64,000 nucleotides of DNA from a virus (lineage: Duplodnaviria > Heunggongvirae > Uroviricota > Caudoviricetes), in the IMG/VR virus record IMGVR_UViG_3300027708_003081. One strand, given 5' to 3'. Under the pieces are notes generated by a model, which worked only from the letters and a program-made list of their open reading frames with translations, did no database searches and was not told the DNA's origin. Numbering within the stretch: the first letter of the stretch is position 1; the number at the start of each line of letters is the position of its first letter. Shown here piece by piece: positions 9,051 through 18,181 of this stretch. Both the position numbers and the translations under genes were made by a program.

Positions 9051-10383
9051 AAAAAGAATAAAAGAACAGATTGATTACGGCGGTAGACCTGAAAGAATGG
9101 ACCCAAATTTGGAAAGAAAATTGGGTGACCCCGAAAGTTTATACGCTAAAAATCCGGCTTTAAAAGGTGGAGTACAAGACGTACAAAAACTTGTTTCATC
9201 AAGATTTGGAAAAGTTGTTGATAAACTAAAAGAAGTTACAGGTATTCAAGATTTAAGTGCTGGACAAGTTAAGCAAATGCTTATGGGTGAAATGATGAGA
9301 AAAGCCCAAGAAGTTATGAATTTAGAATCAAGAGTAAAAGAACCTCTTAAAGATTTGGCTGTTGAAATTTGTTTAGATGAAACTGAAGCTGACCCAAGTT
9401 GGTATATTATTGACCCTCGTTTAGGGGAACAAATCGACGTTTCAAATTTTAGATACTCTCCCGAAGAACCAAAAGATGATGATGAAGAGGATGAAGAAGA
9501 AGGCGATAAAAAACCAAAGTTAGAAATACCATCTTTTGATATTGAAGATTTAACACCTGAAGAAGAATTTGAGTTAGAAAAACACAAAAGAAATATTATA
9601 AACGCACTTATTCAAGGTGCCGCAAAAAAAGGACACTACGTATTTCAAAAACCTGAAGTTAAAAGAAGATTAGACGCAATCAATCCAAGATTATATCCTA
9701 ATTATTTAACAATAATGGCTATTAATGATTTCTTCTATTTTAGTATGGAACAAATGATTGAAATGATGTCTGAAACAGGACAAGGTGTTGCCGGTAAAGT
9801 AGAATTAGACGAACCTGACGAGGAAGATTTAGATAATTTTGAAGAACAAGGTGGAGATAGAGAAGAGGCACCCGATACAAAAATTGTTGCTACAGGAGCA
9901 TTTTTCCCAATCTTATGTCACGAAATTATTAAAGGAATTGAAGCGTCTAAAGGTAGGCACGGATTACCAAAAGAACCAAGTATGAGAGCAAATGTGATGG
10001 GACAAACTGATACTTTGGCAAATGAGCCGATGCAATTGAGAATTGGACCTGAAATTTATGAAAAATTAAGATTTACATTACCTGATGAAATGTTTGATGA
10101 AGACAATAAAGGTTTAATAAATTGGTTCCATATTCAACTTTACCAAATTCCAGCTCAAGAGTTTTTGCAGATAATGGGTGATGTAATTTCAACTGATGAG
10201 AAAAAAAATAAGAAAGCAACCTCAAGATTTGAAGAAATTATGCGTGAAGCTCAAGATTTAAAATCTGAATATGATAATTGGAAAAAAGAAGAAAAAGGTG
10301 AAGAACCTTCTAATGATGGTGAAGATGACGACGATGATTTGGATGATTTTTTAAGTGGTTTAGGTATATCGATGCCAAAATAA
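9043..10383 (+). CDS. Hypothetical acidic protein (446 aa) preceding the terminase
   Basis: Long ORF with D/E tracts; no recognised catalytic motif. Confidence 0.65.
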   Translation: MNKKRIKEQIDYGGRPERMDPNLERKLGDPESLYAKNPALKGGVQDVQKLVSSRFGKVVDKLKEVTGIQDLSAGQVKQMLMGEMMRKAQEVMNLESRVKEPLKDLAVEICLDETEADPSWYIIDPRLGEQIDVSNFRYSPEEPKDDDEEDEEEGDKKPKLEIPSFDIEDLTPEEEFELEKHKRNIINALIQGAAKKGHYVFQKPEVKRRLDAINPRLYPNYLTIMAINDFFYFSMEQMIEMMSETGQGVAGKVELDEPDEEDLDNFEEQGGDREEAPDTKIVATGAFFPILCHEIIKGIEASKGRHGLPKEPSMRANVMGQTDTLANEPMQLRIGPEIYEKLRFTLPDEMFDEDNKGLINWFHIQLYQIPAQEFLQIMGDVISTDEKKNKKATSRFEEIMREAQDLKSEYDNWKKEEKGEEPSNDGEDDDDDLDDFLSGLGISMPK

Positions 10384-10400
10384 AATAACATAATAATATT

Positions 10401-10435
10401 AAAACCCTCCCTTAGGCGACTATTGGAGGGTTTTT
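10401..10435 (+). terminator. Intrinsic terminator
   Basis: AAAACCCTCC...GGAGGGTTTTT inverted repeat. Confidence 0.65.
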
Positions 10436-10450
10436 ACTATTTATAATAAT

Positions 10451-12214
10451 ATGACGAAAGAACAATTAATAATTGAAGTTACAAAGTGTATGAGAGATAC
10501 TCCATATGCGTTAAGAACGTATTTACAAACTTTTGATAATACAAAATCAAAGTATGTACCATTAGACCTATTTCCAGACCAAATTAGTCTTATTGAGGAC
10601 TACGAAAAATACAACGAGAATATCGCCCTAAAATACAGGCAGGCGGGTGTTTCTACGGTAACTGCGGCGTGGGCCTCAAAAAAACTTGCGTTTGCTAAAA
10701 AAAGCAAACCTGAAAAAGTTTTGATTATTGCAAACAAACTTGATACGTCAGTTGAGATGGCAAATAAAATAAGAGCCTTTACAGAACAATGGCCGTCTTG
10801 GGTTGGTATTGGATTTTCGGCCGAAAAGAACGCCGCAAGACATTTTAAGTTAAATAATGATTGTGAGGTAAAGGCGGTTGCAACATCAAAAGATGCTCTT
10901 CGTGGTTATACACCTACTATCCTTATTTTTGATGAAGCGGCGTTTATTGATGCGGATTCAGACTTTTGGGCGGCTTGTATGGCATCACTATCTACGGGTG
11001 GTAAGGTTATTGTAGTATCAACACCAAACGGACAGGACCCGATTTATTACGAGATTTACGACCAAGCATTAAGAAGTATGAATGACTTCAAGATTTCTGA
11101 AATGTTTTGGTATAAAGACCCGAGATATACAAAAGATTTGTATATGGTTAAAACAACCGATTTGGTTCATTTCTTACTTAATATAGAAGAATATCCAAAA
11201 GATGCAATTGTTGATTTAAGTGTTGATAATCCATATGAAAGAGACCACGAAATTACAAAAGATTATATTGAACAGGGATATAAACCTTGTTCTGATTGGT
11301 TTGAGAAAATGGTTAAAAAACTTAAATTTGATAGGAGAAAAGTGGCTCAGGAGTTGGAATGTAACTTTTTAAGTTCGGGTGATAACGTGTTTGACTCCGA
11401 AACATTACAAAGAATTAAAAATAATACAATACAGGAGCCTAAGGCAAAACTTATGGGTAATGCTTTATGGATTTTTGATGAACCTGAAGCGGGACATAAA
11501 TATGTTATGGGTATTGACGTTTCAAGGGGAGATTCTGAAGATTTCTCTTGTATTCAAATAATTGATTTTGATGAAAGAAAACAGGTATTAGAATATGTTG
11601 GAAAAGTACCACCCGATATTGTTGCAGAAATAGCCTATAAATGGGGTACGATGTATAATGCTTACTGTGTTACGGATTTAACAGGAGGAATGGGTGTTGC
11701 AACTGCAAGGAAGTTACAGGAGATGAATTATAAGGGTGGTATGTACGTAGATAACGTGGATACTCAAAATAAATGGAAATGGGACCCAAAAATGGCTGAA
11801 AAAATACCAGGAATTAATTTTAACTCCAAAAGAGTTCAAATTATTGCCTCTTTTGAAGAAGCAATTAGACATAATTTTGCGGTTCGTTCAAACCGACTCC
11901 ATAATGAAATGAATGGGTTTGTTTATATTAATGGAAGACCTGACCACCAAAAAAACGGACACGATGATTGTATTATGTCTATTTCTATGGCAATCTATGT
12001 TGGCGAAAAATCATTTCAACAATTAGAGAAAAATGTTAACCAAACAAAGGCTATGATTAATTCGTGGGCAACATCAGTTAATGAAGATAGAAACTCTTCA
12101 AACTTCTTTAACCCTTTAGTACCTCAAGCAGCACCAAAAATGGGACATTTCCCAAGTCAAGGACCTGGTATGGAAGACTATAAAAAATATGGTTGGTTAT
12201 TTGGTGGTAGATAA
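10451..12214 (+). CDS. Terminase large subunit (T4 gp17-like)
   Basis: KYRQAGVST Walker A region, ILIFDEAAF Walker B, VSTPNG motif C, nuclease motifs GIDVSRG and HDDCIMS. Confidence 0.93.
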   Translation: MTKEQLIIEVTKCMRDTPYALRTYLQTFDNTKSKYVPLDLFPDQISLIEDYEKYNENIALKYRQAGVSTVTAAWASKKLAFAKKSKPEKVLIIANKLDTSVEMANKIRAFTEQWPSWVGIGFSAEKNAARHFKLNNDCEVKAVATSKDALRGYTPTILIFDEAAFIDADSDFWAACMASLSTGGKVIVVSTPNGQDPIYYEIYDQALRSMNDFKISEMFWYKDPRYTKDLYMVKTTDLVHFLLNIEEYPKDAIVDLSVDNPYERDHEITKDYIEQGYKPCSDWFEKMVKKLKFDRRKVAQELECNFLSSGDNVFDSETLQRIKNNTIQEPKAKLMGNALWIFDEPEAGHKYVMGIDVSRGDSEDFSCIQIIDFDERKQVLEYVGKVPPDIVAEIAYKWGTMYNAYCVTDLTGGMGVATARKLQEMNYKGGMYVDNVDTQNKWKWDPKMAEKIPGINFNSKRVQIIASFEEAIRHNFAVRSNRLHNEMNGFVYINGRPDHQKNGHDDCIMSISMAIYVGEKSFQQLEKNVNQTKAMINSWATSVNEDRNSSNFFNPLVPQAAPKMGHFPSQGPGMEDYKKYGWLFGGR

Positions 12215-12252
12215 GTATTTATAATATTGATTACTTCAATTAAATTTATTAT

Positions 12253-14109
12253 ATGGCTGAAAATAACAATTTAACGGTATGGCAGAGGCTCGGTAAGACA
12301 TTCGGACCCAATTCTTTGCTAGGACAAGACTACCCCCAATTTAAACTTGATAAAACAGAATTATTAAGAACTAAAGATAAGGGAGAATACGAAAGAGAAA
12401 AACTACAGGCTCAACAAACATTTTATTTAGCACAACAGTGGGCTAAAGTAGAGAATAATTTATACTCTCAAGCAATTTATTACGAACCAACAAGATTATC
12501 TTCTGTTTATGATTATGAATCTATGGAGTACACTCCCGAAATTTCCGCAGCGTTAGACATATATGCAGAAGAATCTACAACAGTTAATGAAGATGGATTT
12601 ATGTTACAGATTTATTCCGAATCAAAAAGGATTAAGTCTGTATTGGCGGATTTGTTTAATAATGTTTTAGATATTAATACAAACTTACCGATGTGGACAA
12701 GAAATACTTGTAAATTTGGTGATAATTTTGTTTACTTAAAATTAGACCCTGAAAAGGGTGTTGTTGGTTGCCAACAGTTACCTAATATTGAAATTGAAAG
12801 ACACGAAGTTGGTATGGGTGATAAACACCCTGTAGATTTAGGTAAGACTGAAGCTAAAAAGGCGTTAACTTTTACTTGGAAACAAAAAGCAATTACATTC
12901 CAATCTTGGGAAATTGCTCACTTTAGATTATTAGGTGACGATAGAAAACTTCCTTATGGTACTTCTATGTTGGAAAAGGCTAGAAGAATTTGGAAACAAT
13001 TATTATTATCTGAAGATGCGATGTTAATTTATCGTACCTCAAGAGCACCTGAAAGAAGAATTTTTAAAGTGTTTGTTGGTAATATGAATGATGAAGATGT
13101 TGAACCTTACGTAAACCGTGTTGCCGATAAGTTTAAAAGACAACAAGTGGTGGATAAAAATACAGGTAATGTGGATATGAGATTTAATCAAATGGCGGTT
13201 GACCAAGATTATTTTGTACCTGTTCGTGACCCAGCCTCACCGAGTCCAATTGAGACATTACCGGGAGCAACAAACCTATCAGAAATTGCGGATATCGAAT
13301 ATATCCAAAAGAAATTATTAACGGCTCTTCGTGTTCCTAAAGCATTTTTGGGTTTTGAGGAAGTTGTAGGTGACGGTAAAAATTTATCATTACAGGATAT
13401 TCGTTTTGCAAGAACAATCAATAGAATTCAAAAAAGTATGATTCAAGAGTTAAATAAAGTTGCAATTGTGCATTTATTTTTACTTGGATTTGAAGATGAA
13501 TTATCAAATTTCACTTTAGGTTTAACTAACCCGTCTACTCAGGCGGACTTGCTTAAAATTGATGTTTATAAAGAAAAAATTCTTTTATATAAAGATTTGG
13601 TTTCAGACCCAGGAAATGGTATTCAAGCAGTTTCTTCCACTTGGGCTAAAAAACATATTTTTGGTTTTTCAGATGAAGAAATTAGAGTTGATTTATTACA
13701 ACAAAGATTTGAGAAGGCAGTGGGAGAAGAACTTAAATCAACAGCAACAGTTATTACTAAAACAGGTTTATTTGATACTATCGATAAGCTTTATGGTAAC
13801 AACGCAAGTGGTGGAACATCTACTGCAGGTGCTGAACCTGCGGGTGAAGAAACTTCAGCACCACCTGATTTAGGGGGAGGGGGAGCTCCACCACCTGAAG
13901 GAGGCGATTTAGGGGCACCGCCACCACCTCCACCAGGAGGAGAAGCACCACCTGAAGGAGGGGGAATAACTCCTGAATCAAGAAAGAATAACTTAAATAT
14001 TTTAGTTGAAAAAAGGTTTATAGAGGGTTCGGTAATACTAGATGTTGAAACCGGTATAGATTCACTTAATGAAATGGATATAGAATTAGATAAGTTATTA
14101 AATTCGTAA
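12253..14109 (+). CDS. Portal protein (T4 gp20-like) with a Pro/Gly-rich C-terminal tail
   Basis: EDAMLIYRTSRAPERRIFKV, IETLPG.NL, DIEYIQKKL..AL.VP, DIRFARTI. Confidence 0.92.
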   Translation: MAENNNLTVWQRLGKTFGPNSLLGQDYPQFKLDKTELLRTKDKGEYEREKLQAQQTFYLAQQWAKVENNLYSQAIYYEPTRLSSVYDYESMEYTPEISAALDIYAEESTTVNEDGFMLQIYSESKRIKSVLADLFNNVLDINTNLPMWTRNTCKFGDNFVYLKLDPEKGVVGCQQLPNIEIERHEVGMGDKHPVDLGKTEAKKALTFTWKQKAITFQSWEIAHFRLLGDDRKLPYGTSMLEKARRIWKQLLLSEDAMLIYRTSRAPERRIFKVFVGNMNDEDVEPYVNRVADKFKRQQVVDKNTGNVDMRFNQMAVDQDYFVPVRDPASPSPIETLPGATNLSEIADIEYIQKKLLTALRVPKAFLGFEEVVGDGKNLSLQDIRFARTINRIQKSMIQELNKVAIVHLFLLGFEDELSNFTLGLTNPSTQADLLKIDVYKEKILLYKDLVSDPGNGIQAVSSTWAKKHIFGFSDEEIRVDLLQQRFEKAVGEELKSTATVITKTGLFDTIDKLYGNNASGGTSTAGAEPAGEETSAPPDLGGGGAPPPEGGDLGAPPPPPPGGEAPPEGGGITPESRKNNLNILVEKRFIEGSVILDVETGIDSLNEMDIELDKLLNS

Positions 14110-14132
14110 TATTTATTATAAAATATATTAAA

Positions 14133-14825
14133 ATGACTTTTGGACAAATTAAAACATACGTAGATAATCAATTACTTGAATCTTATTCAGATAAGAAAAG
14201 TTTCAAAAAATCTTTACTTGGATTTAAAGAAGATGTTTTGGAAAATAAAAGTATCGCAAAGTTGTATTCTCTGTATGAGGAGTTATCTACACCTCAAGGA
14301 TTATCAGAACGTGATGCGGTTGAATTTGTAAACGAAGGGATTAATTTAATTCAAAAATTAATTGAAAATATAAGTTTGCCAAATGAAAAATTTGGTAATG
14401 ATAATAACTACAAGGTTATTGATAATTTAGTATATAATTCAACATCAATTAAAGAAAGAGTAGAGAGTAAAAAAGAATTAGTTAAAGTTTTAACTCTGGA
14501 AAAAACAAAAATTAAAGAATCTGTAAATATTCCTATTAGTTCGATGGTTAAAATTGCAAATCAAACTATTAAAAATTTTATTCAAACTTTAGACGAAACA
14601 TCTAAAAAAGAATTGGAAACTATTATAAGTGAAGATACAAAATCTTTAAAGATTAAGTTCAATTCATTAAAGGATGACGCAGCAATTAAATTAAATTCAT
14701 TAATTGAAAAAGAATCAGACCAAGAAACAAAGTCAAAAATTTCAGAAACAATACTTAAAATACAAAATGAAAAATTTGACCAATTAAGTTATTTTAAACT
14801 TAAAAAATTGGTGGAGTCTCTTTAA
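14133..14825 (+). CDS. Hypothetical helical protein in the head module
   Basis: 230-aa ORF after the portal with a TATTTAT upstream. Confidence 0.65.
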   Translation: MTFGQIKTYVDNQLLESYSDKKSFKKSLLGFKEDVLENKSIAKLYSLYEELSTPQGLSERDAVEFVNEGINLIQKLIENISLPNEKFGNDNNYKVIDNLVYNSTSIKERVESKKELVKVLTLEKTKIKESVNIPISSMVKIANQTIKNFIQTLDETSKKELETIISEDTKSLKIKFNSLKDDAAIKLNSLIEKESDQETKSKISETILKIQNEKFDQLSYFKLKKLVESL

Positions 14826-15007
14826 GATTTTTTTCTTTGTTCATTATATTTCGCCTTTAGTATTTCGGCTCTTCGGGACACAGATTTTTTCACATATTCC
14901 TTTCTTTTAGTAAGTGATTGATTTTGTTTAGTTTTAATCACTTTAGATTTCAAGGTTTTCAGCGCCTTCTCAATATTTTCTCCATTTTTTAGTTGTACTA
15001 TTAACAT
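14822..15007 (-). CDS. rpsU: Ribosomal protein bS21 (phage-encoded)
   Basis: MLIVQLKNGENIEKALK..K.K...R.EYVKKSV.RR; 61 aa, basic; Bacteroidota-like N-terminus and Tyr54. Confidence 0.9.
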   Translation of the reverse strand: MLIVQLKNGENIEKALKTLKSKVIKTKQNQSLTKRKEYVKKSVSRRAEILKAKYNEQRKKS

Positions 15008-15030
15008 ATTACCTAATATATATTAAAAAA

Positions 15031-15062
15031 TTTGATATTACACATAATTACTTCTATTTTTA
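15031..15062 (+). promoter_or_regulatory. Bacteroidota-type promoter variant TTTG-N20-TAnnTTTA
   Basis: TTTG at 15031-15034 and TATTTTTA at 15055-15062, upstream of ORF 15094. Confidence 0.35.
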
Positions 15063-15093
15063 TAAAAAATAAACAAATTAATTATGGAACTTA

Positions 15094-15522
15094 ATGAAAA
15101 AAGGGAAAAGTGTAAAATTGAATTTATCTAATTCATTTAAATCGGTCTATGGAACCGTGGATTCTAAAAATCTAAAATCTGTATATATAAACATTCAATC
15201 TTGGGTATCCCCAAAAGAAGAATTAGAAAATTGGAACAGAATAGTTTGTAATTTTAGTAGAGAACTTAAACATACGGTATTTGATTCAATTGATTCATCA
15301 CTATTCACACCAAAATCAATCGTTGATTTAGATTTAAGAACAAGTGGAATTTTCTTTGGAAAAAAATCTTTTTTAAATTTAGAAATTAACCTTTTTACAG
15401 AAAAAGAATTAGATTTTAAATCAAACGATTTAAAAAATTCAATAAAAAAGATTGTAAATAATATCCAAGATTATAACATTACCTCCAACAAATACTTTGA
15501 TTTTACCCTCACAAAAAAATAA
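15094..15522 (+). CDS. Hypothetical protein
   Basis: 142-aa ORF between bS21 and the prohead protease. Confidence 0.65.
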   Translation: MKKGKSVKLNLSNSFKSVYGTVDSKNLKSVYINIQSWVSPKEELENWNRIVCNFSRELKHTVFDSIDSSLFTPKSIVDLDLRTSGIFFGKKSFLNLEINLFTEKELDFKSNDLKNSIKKIVNNIQDYNITSNKYFDFTLTKK

Positions 15523-15557
15523 CTCATTATTTGCAATATTTATCTTAAAAGAAATAA

Positions 15558-16271
15558 ATGAAAGAATTAAGACTTTTAGAAGCAAACGAGTTAGGATTTG
15601 GTATTCTTGTTGAAATGGATGCGGGATACATATCACCAAGAGATAGTTTTAACGAAAAATTTTTACAAGAACAAAAACTTATGGATTATAGAAATCCATT
15701 TGAATTTTATGCCGTTCTACAAAAATACAACACACCAAATAGAAATGGTAGATTTTATCCTGAACCAATCTTAAAAAGAGAGGCAGATAAGTATAAAACA
15801 ACTATTCAAAAAGGTTTATCAACTTCAGAATTAAATCATCCAGAATCGTCTTTAATTGATTTGGATAGAGTGTCTCATTTGATTACCGATATTTGGTGGG
15901 ATAAGAATATCTTAATGGGTAAATTAAAACTATTAACATCACCAGGATTTCACGAAAGAGGTATAGTATCAACTAAAGGAGATATTGCGGCCAATCTTAT
16001 GAGACAAGGTGTTACTCTTGGTATATCATCAAGGGGTGTTGGTTCACTTAAAAAAGTTGGTGAAAGAAATGAAGTTCAAGATGATTTTGAATTGATTTGT
16101 TTTGATTTAGTTTCATCTCCATCTACACCAGGTGCTTATTTATTCTCTGATAAAAATGATAGAGAAAAGTATGAGGAGAATTTGGAAGAAGAAAAAAAAT
16201 TAAAATCTGGCGGAGATGTTGACCACTCTATTGATTTAATGAGAAAATTATCCGATTATTTAGGAAAATAA
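15558..16271 (+). CDS. Prohead core protease (T4 gp21-like)
   Basis: NRNGRFYP, ELNHP (catalytic His), GISSRGVGS (catalytic Ser), FDLVSSPSTPGAY. Confidence 0.93.
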   Translation: MKELRLLEANELGFGILVEMDAGYISPRDSFNEKFLQEQKLMDYRNPFEFYAVLQKYNTPNRNGRFYPEPILKREADKYKTTIQKGLSTSELNHPESSLIDLDRVSHLITDIWWDKNILMGKLKLLTSPGFHERGIVSTKGDIAANLMRQGVTLGISSRGVGSLKKVGERNEVQDDFELICFDLVSSPSTPGAYLFSDKNDREKYEENLEEEKKLKSGGDVDHSIDLMRKLSDYLGK

Positions 16272-16277
16272 ATAATT

Positions 16278-16496
16278 ATGGAAATGGATGAAAAGTATTT
16301 TGTAGCAAAAATTCAGTACGATTTACCTGATGACCAAACAGGTAAAATTAAAAAAATTAGAGAAGAAAAATTGGTAAAAGGGTTCTCAGTAACCGATGTT
16401 GAAGCTAAAGTAACAAAAAGATACGAAGGTTTCTCAAACGATTGGAGAATAACTTCAGTTTCAGAAAGTAAAATTGATGAAGTTATTGAAGACTAA
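16278..16496 (+). CDS. Small protein resembling Bacteroidota DUF4494
   Basis: YFVAKIQY...GKIKKIREEKLVKGFSVTDVEAKV parallels the F.CK..Y...G..KKV.E.YLV.A.SFTEAE pattern as recalled. Confidence 0.5.
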   Translation: MEMDEKYFVAKIQYDLPDDQTGKIKKIREEKLVKGFSVTDVEAKVTKRYEGFSNDWRITSVSESKIDEVIED

Positions 16497-16513
16497 ATTT
16501 ATTAGGTTTATTT

Positions 16514-16541
16514 AAAAGGTGAGTATTAACTCACCTTTTTT
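16514..16541 (+). terminator. Intrinsic terminator
   Basis: AAAAGGTGAGT-ATTA-ACTCACCTTTTTT. Confidence 0.8.
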
Positions 16542-16665
16542 GTTTTTATACACTATTTATTACTACGGAAGTCCTTTCCCATAAAAAAATAATCACTCAC
16601 AACTGAAAAAATTAAACTTTTTTCATTTTTGATACTATTTATTAGTTAAAATAAATAAATTTTCT

Positions 16666-18144
16666 ATGCAAGAAAACAAAAACTTAGTTGAAGAGGCACT
16701 TATTCAAATGAAAAATGTTGAAGAAGCTATAGCCGAAAATGCAAAAGGAATACTTGCTTCTACAATGAAGGAAGAAATCAATCAATTAGTAAAAGAATCC
16801 CTTTCTGAGCAAGATGACGAAGAAGAGGACGTTGTTGGCGCAGATGTTGATACAGACACAGATACTGACGTAGATGTAGATGTTGATACTGATAACGACG
16901 ATGAAGTTGATATGGACGTAGATACTGACACCGATATGGATGACGTAGATATGGACGTAAATATGGATTCTGATGAAACTCCAATTGATTTAACCGGTGC
17001 GTCTGATGAAGAAATCCTTAAAGTTTTTAAAGCTATGGGTGAAGAAGACGGAATTATTATCAAAAAAGATGGTTCTGATGTAACCCTTAAAGATAATAAC
17101 ACAGATTCTGAATATCTTATCAGATTAGGAGAATCAGTTGAGGAAGAATACGAAAACGAAATGTACGAAACAGAAATGGACGACACAGAAACTGACGACA
17201 TCATCGCACAAATTTTTGGTAACGAAGAAATGGAAGAAGATGTTATGTATGAAATCCAAATGGACGAAGAAATGGACGAAGAAATGGAAGAAGAAATGGA
17301 AGAAGAAATGGATGAATCTGAAATGGAAGAAACAATCTATGAAATCTCTATGGACGAAGAAATGGACGAAGAAATGGACGAAGAATTCACGGAATCTCGT
17401 CATCATGAAGATGATGAAGAAGAAGATGAATCTTGGCAAATGGATGAAGCATACAGTCACAAGAAAGCAAAAAAAGGTATGAAACCTAAAGGACTCGGAA
17501 TCGGTAAACCTAAATTCCAATACAAGAAAACTTCTGGCGGTTTTAAAGAAGACAAGAAAGAAGGACCAAAATCTGTTGGAACAGGTAAACCAAAATTTGA
17601 GTACAAAAAAGGTGAAAACATGGGCGGTAAAAACCAAATGGTTAAGAAAACCGAAACTAAAGAAGCTGCTAGAACGATGGGTATGGGCCCAAGAAAAGGC
17701 GGTGGACTTAGAAAAGGAATCACACCTAATAGAAACCTTAAAGAGGAAACTCTATCACAAGAAGTTGGTATGTTGAGAGAAAAAAATGAAGAATACAGAA
17801 AAGCTCTGAATACGTTCAGAGAAAAGTTAAATGAAGTTGCAATTTTCAACTCAAATTTAGCTTACGCTACAAGATTGTTCACAGAACACTCAACTACTAA
17901 GAAAGAAAAAATAAACATCCTCAGAAGATTCGACGATGTTGAGACTTTAAAAGAATCTAAAAATCTTTATAAGTCAATCAAAGACGAATTAGGAAAGGTT
18001 GAAAGTAAACCAATGAACGAATCAGTTGAAACTAAATTAAATAAAAATGTTTCTACAGGTTCTTCAACAACACTTATTGAATCAAAAACTTACGAAAATC
18101 CTCAATTTTTGAGAATCAAAGATTTGATGGGTAAGATGTTGTAA
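16666..18144 (+). CDS. Prohead core scaffold protein (T4 gp22-like)
   Basis: Position between protease and capsid genes; highly acidic low-complexity middle; coiled-coil C-terminus. Confidence 0.75.
   Translation: MQENKNLVEEALIQMKNVEEAIAENAKGILASTMKEEINQLVKESLSEQDDEEEDVVGADVDTDTDTDVDVDVDTDNDDEVDMDVDTDTDMDDVDMDVNMDSDETPIDLTGASDEEILKVFKAMGEEDGIIIKKDGSDVTLKDNNTDSEYLIRLGESVEEEYENEMYETEMDDTETDDIIAQIFGNEEMEEDVMYEIQMDEEMDEEMEEEMEEEMDESEMEETIYEISMDEEMDEEMDEEFTESRHHEDDEEEDESWQMDEAYSHKKAKKGMKPKGLGIGKPKFQYKKTSGGFKEDKKEGPKSVGTGKPKFEYKKGENMGGKNQMVKKTETKEAARTMGMGPRKGGGLRKGITPNRNLKEETLSQEVGMLREKNEEYRKALNTFREKLNEVAIFNSNLAYATRLFTEHSTTKKEKINILRRFDDVETLKESKNLYKSIKDELGKVESKPMNESVETKLNKNVSTGSSTTLIESKTYENPQFLRIKDLMGKML
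17261..17385 (+). repeat. 12-bp tandem microrepeats (GAAGAAATGGAC/A) encoding EEMD/EEME
   Basis: Two clusters, each following a YEI.MD motif in the scaffold gene. Confidence 0.8.
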
Positions 18145-18181
18145 ACAATAATAATAAACTAAAAACAAAAAACCAATAAAA

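Noticed and set aside
16778-17849. Overlapping alternative ORFs in the scaffold (e.g. the KKWTKKW frame, Ser- or Phe-rich antisense ORFs)
   Set aside because: Shadow frames produced by low-complexity GAA/GAT/ATG repeats
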